A DNA stretch of 62,201 nt, filler included, from Sphacelaria rigidula (taxonomy: Eukaryota): NCBI GenBank assembly GCA_964200075.2. It is 5 parts of 5 records of this genome, joined end to end, with 100 filler letters (N's around TTAATTAATTAA, not from the genome) between each part and the next. Parts side by side here need not be neighbours in the genome. Positions count along the whole stretch, not along the records: positions 37,383 to 49,742 come from CAXNAA020003858.1; 4 more parts are not named here. One strand, 5' to 3'. Positions 37,383 through 49,842 of this stretch are shown here, piece by piece. The notes beneath the pieces were generated by a model, which did no database searches, was not told the DNA's origin, and saw only the letters and a list, made by a program, of their open reading frames with translations. Both the position numbers and the translations under genes were made by a program. The stretch's first letter is position 1. Every line of letters begins with the position of its first letter.

Positions 37383-40300
37383 TGTGGTACGTGAGGAAGT
37401 GCGTTGGTCCGAGTTCCATCGTTGGAACCCTGTGGTTTCTAGAGTCTCTGGGATGTAGATGACGTGAGCTCGCCTACCTTGCTCACTCCACTTTCCCGGC
37501 CCGTCTCTGCGGACCAAGGTCTCAATAATACAGCAACACATATTTTTCTCCAAAAGTCACGAGTTTACCAACACGCTATAGCGCATCAGTCGACTGCTGC
37601 TACGTCCCCCTGGACTGTGCATGAGACTGTCGAGGGGGGCTTGATCAACCTGCATCACGGCTGGACTGGGGAACAAGGATCCTGCGGTTGACCCAGCTGA
37701 GGGCGGATCACAGGAAGTTGGTGAGAGAATTTGTTTCAGAGACACAGTTGTCTAAACGTATGACTCTAGTACCGACGCTAGTTGAGCAACAGCGAGGGGA
37801 CGTGGAGTCCTCTGGTTTTGTAGCTGCCGCGCCGGGAGGCAGCAGGCCAGAGACTAGTATGCATATTTCTGACGATGCAACTGATGGGACCTCGGGAAGT
37901 ACGGGTGGCGATGCCCAAGGCTTAGGTGTGTCCAGCATGTGGGTTAGGAGTAGTAGTTTTGCAGGCTCAGGCTTGAATCCTCATGTATCTACTGTAATTC
38001 GGTACTGGTGGGACCGCGGGAGGTATGGGTGGCGATGCCCAAGGCTTAGGCGTGTCCAGCACGTGGGTTGGGAGTAGCAGTCTTGCAGACTCAGGCTTGA
38101 ATCCACATGTATCTTCATTAAATCGTTCCTCTGTTGCTGCAGTAAACTTTGGTTCGATCGGGACTGTAGGTGGGACTTTAGGTCAGTCCTCTGTTCCGCC
38201 CGCTCCTTCTCCGTCGAGTAAGTGGTCGGAAAATGTAGCCAGTGGAAACACTCTAATTCCTGGGGCTGACATTTCTGACACAGGAGAAAAGTTGGGTAGG
38301 GGTCCTTTTGAAGTTCCCAAAGCTCCTGTTTTCGACGGCAACGACGTGTCGTATCCCTCATGGTCGCAGAACTTTCTGTTGAGTGCCCGACACAACAATC
38401 TGTATTCGGCGTTTGTTTCTGAAGCTGAAATTCCGATTGCAGACATTGATTTCGACTTACTAACATGAAACTGTTGTTGAATTTTAATACAGCCAGTAAT
38501 CTAGCTGCTTGTTTCGTTCTGGGTTTCGACTGTAGCAAAATAGCGGTGCAATAGATCCCGTTTTATAAAGAAACCTGGGTGCAGTACCGTTTCATATGGA
38601 TCCTTGATGGTAGATATCTTGAAGTCAAGAAAGATGACAGAGGTGTGCAACCTGATGCTTGAGGGACCGTCGCACGAGTACAAGACTTTGCGTGAGACTC
38701 TTGTGGTGTTCTGTCCGAATGACCCATCATTCATAGAGAGAAGGGTCACTTGAGGAAGGACTGCCTGGCTCGCGTGATCGCTCATCCTACCCAAACGGGG
38801 AAATCCGAGGACGACGAGGATGAGCGCGGTAAGAGATCTAGCTTGGTGTTGCTCTCTCAAACCAGCTTGAACAACTCGAGTGATCTGACGTGCCTGGTAG
38901 CATTTTATGATACCATGCTGCGTGAGTGCTTGTTCAGTGATGATGCTGTTCGTGAATTCTCTGCTCTTGTAAGGAAGGATAGGTGTGTCGAAGATTGGTA
39001 CGCAGATACGGGTATTGCTTTCCACATGACGGATTCTCTTTCTTGTATGAAAGCTGTAAAGCCTTGCCACAAGAACGTAAAAGGGATTGGTGGCGTGACT
39101 TGTGAGGTAGCCCTCTCTGGAACACTGGAGCTGGTGTTTGTGACTGCTGACAGTGAATTTTCCGTAGAGTTGGAGGACGTGCTGTACTCTCCCAACTTAG
39201 GGTATAACCTCTTTTCCCCCAGAGCAGAGTTTGATGGCAAGTCATGGAATGGTCTTGGTGGTCCTGATGGTGGGATGACTGCTTACGACGGATATGTTAT
39301 TTTTCAGAACTTCGATGGCATGCTAATTGCGACTGCGTATCGCCTGGGAGATGACTCGGTTTGGTGTTGGCTGCCCTCACTCCTTCAAACCCCAAGCATG
39401 AAAAGAAGATGGATGTGAGCGAGTTCCACAATATTTATGCTCACTCACACGAGGGATTACTTCGTACTACTGCAAAACGACTAGGTACCGAGTTGACCGG
39501 TGACATGCATGCTTGTATGGGATGTTCGATGTCGAAGGCTATTAGGAAAGGAATTGCTCATGAAACTCAAAGTAGATCGGATAAAAAGTTGGGCAGAGTT
39601 TTTGTTGACCTGGGAGGGAGGAAGGACGTTGCGTCCGTAGGGGGTAAACACCACCCCATGGTTGTGACGGATGATTTCACAAGGCGTGCATGAATGTATT
39701 CCCTGAGAAGTAAATCAGACGCTGGGAGTGCTGTTCGAAGTTTTCTTGCTAGTGTGCGTGCTGATGGAATCCCATCATTGGTTGAGATTGCTAGATCTGA
39801 CAATGGAGGGGGGGTTTTCGGGGGGGAGTTTGCATCCGTATGCAATGAGCTCTTGATCGAACAAGAGTTCACTCCGGCTTACAGCCCCCAATAAAACGGT
39901 GTTGCAGAGCGTGGATTGGGATTGATTGAGGAGGCCGCTATGGCGGCTCGTATTCAGGCGAAAGTTCTGTTTGGGCATGTGCAGTTTCCTAAGACTGACA
40001 GACTCTGGGCTGGGGCGATGCATTACGCTTGCGAGGCACTTGACCACACAGCGTGCTCTGCTAACCCTGACTCTAACTCGCCGTATGAGGTGTGGTATGG
40101 AGAACCTCGTCCTGCTAGACCGTATCCGTTTTGGAAGCCGGCTTACTGCAGGTGGCAGCGACCGTCTAAGCTGCTACCGAGGTGAGAGTTGCTTTTATGA
40201 CGGTCCTTCGAGAAACCACCCGCGTGATTGCCACAGAGTACTTACGAGAGCTGAGACTATTCAGGAAACGAGAGATGTGACATGTGAGGCGTTGCCGTCA

Positions 40301-42856
40301 CAACTCCCTTCACCGCAACCTCCTCTGCCGATTGAGATCGCGAAAGAGGGAGGGGAGGAAAGTGACGGCGATGTAAAAGCTGAAGTATGACCGCTTGCAG
40401 GAGGGGGAATTCGACACATTCGTATTCGTGTGAAACGTGATGGAGTGTTACCCTATGGTGCAGGATTCGATGAGGTTGGCAGTGTTGATGCAGGCAGTGT
40501 AGGCCAGTTCCCTTCTGTTCCATCTTCCCCCTCTGTACCGTCTTCGCCCGTGAACAACTCCACTAGTATAACGGCTCCCTCTGCGTCTTCTCCAGCACTC
40601 GAGATAGACGAGGGGAGTAGGGAGGGCTGGAGACAGGGGAAGTAGAGACGGCGGATCCGGGAGGGGATGATGAGGTGAAGTCGATTGGGCCGGGAGAGCA
40701 GAAAGTAGAGGCGGCATGTCGCTTGCTAATTTTGATACTGATGCGCGTGAAAATGGTGAAGTAAGAGAAGGTAGAACTCGTGCGCAAACTCGTTCAGAAT
40801 GTTGAGTCAGAGCCTGGTAGCTATCAAGAAGCCCGGTAATCGAAGCACGCAAAGATTTGGGATGGAGCCATGTCTGCAGAAGTTGAAGGCTTGATAAGAG
40901 CAGGAACGTTCGCGTTAGCAGTAAAGATCCCAGTAGGCTGTAATGTGATTGATGCTAGATAGGTTTTCAAATACAAAGCAGACGAAACACGGAGGATAGT
41001 GAAGGCCAAGGCTAGGCTTGTAGCGAAGGGCTTCAAGCAGAAGTATGGTGTGGACTATCTTGAAACTTTTTCGGCGGAAGATGGTGAAGGCCAAGGCTAG
41101 GCTTGTAGCGAAGGGCTTCAAGCACAAGTATGGTGTAGACTATTTTGAAACTTTCTCGCCTACTGCAAATGCTGCTTCGATGCGATTGCTAGTAGCGTTG
41201 GCGTGCAAGTACAACTTGGAATTACTACACTGGGATATTGAGCAAGCGTTTGTTCAGTCGGAATTGGATCACGAGGTGTTCATGAAGTTGCCTCCTGGCT
41301 GAGGTTCGATGTCAGGAAAGATTGTCCGTTTGAACAAAAGTTTGTACCGACTGAAGCAGGCATCTAGAACATTTTACAAGAGGTTAGTGTCGGACTTGAA
41401 GAGGATTGGTTTCGAGCAGTCTCTGTCTGATCCCTGAATCCTGCGTTTTATGATGGGAGACGAGGTGGTGGGTACGGTCGTGATTCACGTGGATGACATT
41501 CTGTATGCAGGAACTAAGAGTCTTGCCAAGGTGGTAATGAAATCGCTAGGCGTCTCTCTTCCTACAAAGAATTTGGGTGAGGTCAAGTTCTTTCTTGGTT
41601 GCGCATTTATTCGCGACCGCGAGGCTGACACGATTGAGATTTCTCAACAAAGTTACATCAGGAGTGTTCTTGAGAGATTTAATATTTGTCGGACCAGCTC
41701 GATCCCTGCTTCCCTTGCCAACGACAACAGGCCCTTGATGGAGGATGAGGGGGCAGGAGATATGCCGTTCCGAGAGGTGGTGGGGAGCCTGATGTGGATC
41801 GCCAAGCCGACAAGGCCCGACATCTCGAATGCTGTGCAGGCGGTGGCGAGGCACTCTCACGAACCAAAGAAGAGCCACTGGAAGGCAGCCCAAAAGATTC
41901 TGAATTATATTCTGGAAGCGGCACATCTAACTTTGAAGTCCAAGCAGGACAGTTCGGTAGACGTAGGTACGTTGGTGTACGTAGATGCCGACTTTGCAAG
42001 CAAGGCCACTGACCGTAGATCAGTTTCGGGAGCGTTGGCTTGTGTGGCTGCCATGCTTGTAGTTTGAATTTCTAGGACGCAGAAAATGAATTTCACAGTC
42101 GACTTCTGAAGCAGAGTATCTTGCCATGGGTGATGGTGTGAAGGAGGCTCTTTTTGTGAACGGAACGCTTCAGTTCTTGAGGCCTAGTGTGAAGCCTCGT
42201 AAGATTGAAGTACTTGAGGACAACGAGGGTGCGATTGCGCTTGCAGAGAATCCACTTAGCTCGTGCAGGAGTAAACATATTGACGTGAGGCACCACTTTT
42301 TTAGGAATTTGACCGAGGAGGGTGCGATCGAGCTCACGAATGTCCCCAGCGAAGAACAGCATGCGGATATCCTCACGAAGGCTCTACCGAGAGATCTTTT
42401 TGAAGTTCACCGCGACTTTGTCCTTGGCTTGAGAAATGAGAAGAATAAGTCTGAGTCGAAATTTGGTGTCGTAATATATGTACTTGGCGTGGTAGATAAA
42501 ACAGCCCCAAGGGAGGGTGTTCGTGATAGCTGCTGTAGTATCGAATATTTGAGAACTGCGAAGAACGTTTGCGGTCCTTTCTGTTGGTTATGTAGGAATA
42601 CTCTTTATGGATACTGCATTAGTCCGAGCATGGTGTTTGTGGTGCGGGGAACAACCCGAGGTTTTTGTGGTACGTGAGGAAGTGCGTTGGTCCGAGTTCC
42701 ATCGTTGGAACCCTGTGGTTTCTAGAGTCTCTGGGATGTAGATGACGTGAGCTCGCCTACCTTGCTCACTCCACTTTCCCGGCCCGTCTCTGTGGACCAA
42801 GGTCTCAATGATACAGCAACACATATTTTTCTCCAGAAGTCACGAGTTTACCAACA
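37383..42856 (+). mobile_element. Ty1/copia family B, copy 2; 5' LTR (partial, 37383-37573) and 3' LTR (42518-42856); gag-pol disrupted
   Basis: Collinear with B1 in the opposite orientation. PPT AAGGGAGGG precedes TG at 42518. The LTRs differ at 3 of 191 comparable bases. Many stops and frameshifts. Confidence 0.95.
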
Positions 42857-42967
42857 CAGTCTAGCCGAGCTTCCGGACAATCGGCATACGAACCCGACTG
42901 CGGCGCAAGTGCTGGGTCAGTCTTCCTCCTTACTTCAAGGAAAAAAAAAATGAAGCTTGTGCTATAC

Positions 42968-45900
42968 CTGAGCGAGAGCCACAGCGGCTGAGAATTCCCC
43001 CTTCTTCACTAGCTCAATAAACGCCTGGCACCTTAACGCAAACCTCAAGTCAGCCCTAGCTTCGAGCAGTCCAGGATACTGCAGTCCGCGATTTCGAAGG
43101 AGAACAAAAAAGAACACGCCGCAGCGATTTTGCGTGTGCATCGAAGAGCGCGCAAATTGTATGCAAGGGGGATGAACAGGATTGACGTTGGCGTCATTGA
43201 CGAAGGACACACGTCGAGAAAAGTAGGCGGAAAGGGGGGCGGAAGACAAGAAGCTCGAGTCTATCTGAAGAGAAATTTCGGGATATTTTCAAGTCACGAA
43301 AAAACGCCCCCGCAAGAGGAAGCAAATTGCTGAAAAAAACTGCAAGAAATAAACATTTCACTATTCCTTGTCGAAAACATTTCAAAAAAGAGCCGGTTGA
43401 ATACCAGCAGTAAAAACCAAGGACGGGCAGGGATGGTGTTTGAAGACGTGTGTGTGTGTCCGTACCTGTATATGCGTTTTTGAAAATTCCGACGCACTAT
43501 CCCACCTGACGAACGGGCCTGAGCGATAGCATATCACATGGGCACCAGGGGAGGAAGGCGCACTTCCATCTACCCAGCTTTTCTTATCCCTCTGACCACG
43601 AACGCAGTCTCAATCACCAATTGTGCACCAAACACGAGAACGTTTTCCGCGACTCGGTCATAATGCCAACTTTATCAGAAAGCCTACGTGAATCATCGCA
43701 TCGCACACCATCGCAATACTCGTACCACTATCGATTACCCATATAGGCCGACTTTCACGTACCTCGGCCTGGAGCAACTCTGTCGCTTTGGCTATGTCCC
43801 CCTCGAGGATATGTCGCCGCAGCTGCGTCCTGAGAGGCAGGCTAGCCTTCAGCGTCTCGGCGCGGGAGTTGCCTTCAGCTAGAAGACTCTTGACGGGCAA
43901 GGCCTTGACGCGAAGAGCTATCGGCTCGATGTCCACAAATGGTTCGTTCGGAATCCATGGGATGAGCCTGTCTCGTGCGCGCCCGCCGTCCACGTCATCC
44001 ATGTCGCCTGCAGCAGTCACGAGAAGAAAGGAGAAGGAAAATTCCAAGGCCAACGACAAGATGAAACAAAGAGAGAGAGAGGCGAGGGAAGAAAAAATGC
44101 AAGGTTGTGTTGTGTAGAGTATACACAGCCATAAAACCGGTCGCCTCGGTGGCTCAGGCCGCTCGTTATAACGGACAAAAATAAAATTCTGGGAAAGTGC
44201 CTTGTTTTAGCTTTCACGTCGTCTTACACCGCAAAAGAGAGCTAGGCGGAGTTTGTCTCCTTGCAATGACTTCCTTTAGCAGTTGAGGCGGTTCCAGGAC
44301 GTCTTCCCATTTTCCAGTGGCCGCAGTTTTGTTTTTGGCCATACAAGAATTTTTGTCCAAGAATGGTAAAAAACGGTCAAGTCCAGAGAAAAATGGCTAT
44401 TTTTTCTCGGCTGTTTTTTACAGTTCTTGGATAGAAATTCTTGTTTGGCCAAAATCAAAACTGCGGCCACCGGAAAATGGGGAGATGTCCTGGAACCGCC
44501 TCAACTGCTAAAGCAAGTCATTCCAAGGTGCCAAACTCCGCCTAGCTCTCTTTTTGCGCGTAAAACGACGTAGAAGCCAAAAAAAGGCATTTTCCCATAT
44601 TTTTACTAATGTCCGTTATAAGGAGCGGCCTCAGTCGGTAACCTCGAAACCCTTTGACGGTTGGGTCGGGGTTCGAATCTCGGAGCGGTCTGGGATTTTG
44701 ATCACACCATGCCCAACAGTGGAGAGCGACAACGCCGTGGATACACAAAATTTGACTCGACGGTCGACGAGGGAAGGGGATTACTGGACCCCTCTCGTGA
44801 CAAGAAAATAAAGGCAAGCACCGCAGAAGGAAGGTGGAGAACTAAAACAAGAAAAAAGAGAAAACTACTGTGTTGGCCTCCCTCCTGTGTGACCCCGCCT
44901 GGTGCGCCCACATTGACCGAGAGGTGTAGACCGGCGTCCAGAATAGATGGAATAATAGCACACCCAGGAGTGGGGATTTTTGGTTGGCATATTGAACCAT
45001 ACCGAAATGTATAAAGAACACTCCGGTATGGTTCGGCAGGGTGTCGAGCCCTGTTCCGAACACTATAGCATAGTTCGGAAGGGTTCTCGCCGATCAAATA
45101 CATCTTGTGTACTTGTGTAAATAGCCGAATTTCGGACGGTATACCCTATAGAACACAACCTCAAAGAAAAAAAGGGGATATGACAATACTGTGTTGTACG
45201 TACAGGGAAAATATATTGATGAAGCAAGACAAAAAATCACGAAGCCAAAAAATGACCGAGTGCAAGACAAAAGAGTGACAGATCAAGAGAGCACAAAGAA
45301 GGGCGTGAAAAATCAAACCGGAAACAACACACCAGTGATCATGTACGTGTTGGGGCGTACTCATTTATTGCTTGCCTTGGTCGTTTGACCATTGACCACG
45401 CATCCCTTCCAAGACCGAGCGTGCATGTGTTGAGGGGGGGGGGGGGGCTTGCCTACGCAAAAAGTACGCAGTAGAGCTTACTGCAGCTCAGGTTCATTCC
45501 AATTGCGTCGCTGTATTGTGCGGATGAACAGCGCCGAGTGTTGGTTTACGAATAAACCAAAAAGCGCCAACCTGCTTAGGGGGGCGTACTCGTTTGTTGC
45601 TTGCCTTAGTCATTTGACCATTGACCACGCATCCCTTTCGAGACGGAGCAACCTGGGGCAACCTGCTTAGGGGAGGGGGGGGTGGAGTCGTGCTCATGTT
45701 GCTTGCCTCAGACGTTTCACCACTGACCGCGTATCCCTTCGAGACGGGGCACCTCAGTACCGTACGGGAGGGGGAGAATAGAACGACAGCAAAGGAGTAT
45801 CTACAGTAGCAAACAAATTGCTCAACTTTGACTCCACAATATCATGGATGCGGTTGGGGATCCTCAAACACAAGTCAGAAAAATTGATACCACGCAAGAA

Positions 45901-48900
45901 AACCAAGTCATTGCGAACTGATCTATCACCCCACTAACGATAAACCACACAGCAACGACCTCTCTTCCTCGAAAATCAGTGCTCAGCTGAAGAATTGGAC
46001 CAGCCTACACATTTATACGTCGTATAGAGGACATGTACATGTACATACATAGCAAGGTCACCCACGAACATCCAGCACTTTTTGTTGAAGAAATTTTAAT
46101 TCCTTTGACCACTACAGGGGGTGGGGCGTACTCATTCGTTGCTTGCCCTAGTCGTTTGACCATTGAACACGCATCCGTTTCGAGACGGAGCACCGAAGGG
46201 GGGGGGAGGGGGGAGGTCTCTACTGCAGAAAATCCTCCCCTACAAAAAAACGAAAATACAGTCGAAACCGCGAAAAAAAAAAAATGTAAATGGACCCGCT
46301 ACAATAGACCACTCACGGGCATAGTCAGCCATTCATTCAAAATGCCTTTTGACCGCTCAGGTTATCGCGTCCATCTATTAGACCGGCATCATTTACCCGA
46401 CGAATGATTTCTTAGACTCGGACGTCCACCTGCAGCGGCTCAAGGGGCGGTTGAGTACTCGTGCAGCTGTCAATTGTCCGCTTGTTGAAAAACATATCGG
46501 AGGTCCGAGTCCCGCATGATTGATATGCTGCTGGAAAAATTGAAGATTGAACGGATAGGCTTGCGAGGTACACGGCCCCACAGATATCGGACGTGACCAT
46601 GCCAGCATCGGTCCGAACACCAAGTTATATGTTTATAAATAGATGTATAACCCCTGAACAAGAGGCAGCGACTATGAAGAGATCGGACAGCGCATCATGT
46701 CCTCCATTCACGAAGCAGGGATTTGACCTTTGAACCAGATAGCGAGGCCATCCCGGGATTGGATCACACACCATCGATTTTCGCTTCACAAAAGCGGACA
46801 ATTGACCCTTGAGCCAATGAGCGTAGGGATCAAATGTCCACTTCCGGGGCCAGACCTCTTTTCGGAACAGAATATCATCGACTGGCCGACAACGAAGTCA
46901 ACCTCCAACGCTATAGACGAGCAGCTCCTCTCCCCATGTAAAAATCTCCCCCCTCCCCTCCCTCAGATGACGGCATACTTCGTATTTCGTGGATCCCAAC
47001 CCCTGACCCAGCATATAGTGCTGTTTCTACCAAAGCAGGCGGTTTTGACACGATTTTCAACCCTTTTCTTCAAAGTTCTACTTGGTTATGTGTCACGCTC
47101 TGGGGGGGTGTACTAGTTATGACATTGCACGTCTTAGTCATGAGACCATTGACCTCGCATCCCTACAAGAGCTAGACGGACCACGCCGGGCTTACACCGG
47201 ACCAGCGCCCGAATGGGGTTGGTTATTTCACCCTTTGGCGGTGGAGATCTTGAGGTATCTTAGCGTAAAGAGCAGCCCTGTGCTGGATATCACTCGCGAA
47301 AAAGTTGTGCATTGGTCAATAATGCATGCCTGCCGCCGCGCCGTGGTAATGCAATGGTCCGACGATCACCATTGGGGTGGAGAGAACAAGGGTTCGATTC
47401 CCGATGCGTTGGGTTTCTTCTTCGTAGTATCTGATTTCTACCGTGGAAAGCGTGAGAGGGTGAGCAAACAAGGTAGTCCACTGAGTTTGTTTGATGTGAG
47501 TTGACGCGGTGCGGGAGTGCTGATAGTCATGATCCAATCCGCGAAACCAAAATGCAAGGCGTGTACCGGGGGAGATATGGGATGGTGATCCTTTGAGACC
47601 ACGGACTCGCCCTGAGGAAGGGGAGGAGTTCAAAGTGCAAAAAAAATCGTAAATATATATGGACCCAAAACTGGAAATGGGCTGCTTCCCCGTCGAAATA
47701 GACGAAAAGGCACTACGTGTACTTACCAGCTTCGACATCATCATCGTCGTCGTCATCGTCATCGTCATCGTCGTCATCATCATCATCATCATCATCGTTA
47801 TCTTCATCTTCATCTTCATCCTCCTCTCCTCCATAGTCCCCATCCAACTCATCATCTAATTCTTCATCATCGTCATCTTCTTGCTCTTCCTCATCTTCCT
47901 CACCCACCACTTCATCATCGTCATCATCGTCGTCATCTCTACCGTCGCCTTGCACCTAAGGAGGCGTTTTCAGACGATTGGAATTAGGTTCCGGCAATAA
48001 GAATAACGATGCTTTTGACCCTTTCGATTGCCAAAAGTACGTACGAAGTAGAAATTTTCCTGGCATACGTGGTTATCCTCCAATGACTTTATGTTTGCCG
48101 ATAGTGCAATTGTTGGTGAATCCATTTTGATGTGGTGACCCTTCTGCAGCAAAAAAATAATTAAGGCTATCGAAGAGGTTAAAGAACGGCAAGAGTGGCG
48201 AGGGTTTGAATTTATTCGCACGTGGCGATGAAAATCGCTGCACAAAGATGATCGGACCTTCGGCAGGTCGAACGTGCATGATTGGTCCTCCGAAAACAAG
48301 ATTGAGCAATCCCAATGTTTTCACGACGTCCTCGTAGCTAGGCACATCACGTGCCTCGTCCATGTAGACTTCCGTCAAGGCTTGACTGTGTCTGTCTTCA
48401 CACGCAACAATCCGCTATGAACCCAGTCGTGATCTTAACATGGACGTGCGTTATCATATGAAGTTCACGAAAACGCGTGTGTGTGCGCGCGCGGGCGGCG
48501 GATCATGCCCAACAGTATTTTGAAAACGCCGAGTAAGGCAGAAAACGTATTGGCTGTGCACAGCCTACGACAAACGCGCACTTCCACACCGCATTCCTTT
48601 TGGTAGACTCCCTTACACCCTCGGATAAGGAAGAAGCCAAGTGGCGCGAACAACCAGGTGAATCCAAGTCCCAACGTGCTCCTCGTCAAGCTGAGTGAAG
48701 TCAGGCATCTAGATCCCCCCTAAAACAGCTCCCCGCGCCCCCCGCCCCAATTACCAGGGCCCGTTATCCACGACAACCGAAAGCCCCACCTGGAGGCCAT
48801 CATCGTCCCGTTCATTTTCCTCCTCTTCCGCGCCAGTAGCACCTCCCTGCCTCATGAACAAGCTCTCGTGTCCGAACAACACTGCTCCCTGCTGCTGCAA

Positions 48901-49509
48901 GTGCCGCAACAAAGCCCCGGCCGCCGAGGCCGCAGCCGCCCCACCCCCACCGCTGTCCTCCTCCTCGCCCATCCTATCTTCCCCGCTATTTTCTTCTCCT
49001 CCACCGCCAGAGTCTTGCTGCGCCGTTGACACGACAGCACCGCCTCCCTCTCCTGCCGCCGCGTTTGCGCCTCGCACCCCCGAAGCATCGTCGTCAACAT
49101 CCATGTCATCTCCCGACCCTCCTTCCCCACGATCATTGCTGCCATTGCCACCGTCCGCGCTGCCGCCGCCTGCCAGCTGATGTTGCTGTTCTGCTGTCCG
49201 CGAACGAAGGGACGATCCCCACCTCACTTGCTCCGACGGAGCCGGCGGCGACACCTGCTGCTGCTGCTGCGGAAATGCACCGGCTGAACTACTGTCGTTG
49301 GAAAACACAACGCCGTTCGGCGAGTCCTTGACGGTAGCGGCCCCCGCCGTACCTGCCGAGGGCGTGCACCCATTGGTCGTCGGAGAAGCGGTGGCGCCAG
49401 CGGTGTCGGCGCGCGGTTGGGGAGGTGGCGAGGCGTTTCCCAATGTCGAGGTGGTGGGGTCCGGCTGTCCGTCCGCCTCGCCGAGGCTACGGAGGGTCTT
49501 CTCGCAACC
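42968..49509 (-). CDS. Internal exons of a LisH-CTLH protein (RanBP9/10-like or related GID/CTLH-complex subunit): 49509-48790, 47955-47727, 44007-43763, 43078-42968
   Basis: All junctions are GT-AG with matching phases (0, 1, 0). GCEKTLRSL resembles a LisH end. LRTQLRRHILEGDIAKATELLQAE-YPGLLEARADLRFALRCQAFIELVKKG is a typical CTLH motif. Start and stop were not located. Confidence 0.85.
44157..44630. mobile_element. Almost fully palindromic MITE, 3-bp TSD TCA (PIF/Harbinger/Tourist-like), intronic
   Basis: GGCCGCTCGTTATAACGGAC / GTCCGTTATAAGGAGCGGCC, with TCA on both sides. Arms are about 220 bp. Confidence 0.88.
45360..46200 (+). repeat. Four copies of a motif of about 60 bp, TTGCTTGCCTT.GTC.TTTGACCATTGACCACGCATCCCTTTCGAGACGGAGCA, mostly followed by G-rich runs
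   Basis: Copies at about 45365, 45595, 45698 and 46138, another at about 53055, and a related CCATTGACCTCGCATCCCTAC at about 47146, 53830 and 53950. Confidence 0.75.
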
Positions 49510-49742
49510 CTGGTCGTTTGGTTGTTAGGAAAATACATGCAAGTTTCGGTCTGATTACACTTTACCCTCTCGTCAACTTGTAGGAAGTTGGTCAATATCA
49601 TCTTCCCCTCGAGGACGCATGGATCAACAATCCACTAGCTGAAAACGGTATGGAAGGTCATCAGCACCCCTCCCCCCCCCCCCCCCCCCCCCCGCCCCCC
49701 GCCGGCGCCCGCCCGCGCCCACATCGCCCGCGTGCCTGCCGG

Positions 49743-49842
49743 NNNNNNNNNNNNNNNNNNNNNNNNNNNNNNNNNNNNNNNNNNNNTTAATTAATTAANN
49801 NNNNNNNNNNNNNNNNNNNNNNNNNNNNNNNNNNNNNNNNNN
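49743..49842. other. Artificial 100-nt spacer
   Basis: N44-TTAATTAATTAA-N44. Confidence 0.98.

Noticed and set aside
12804..42856. Copia B1 and B2 as giant inverted repeats bounding a 30-kb element
   Set aside because: They are on different concatenated pieces, so relative orientation is arbitrary.
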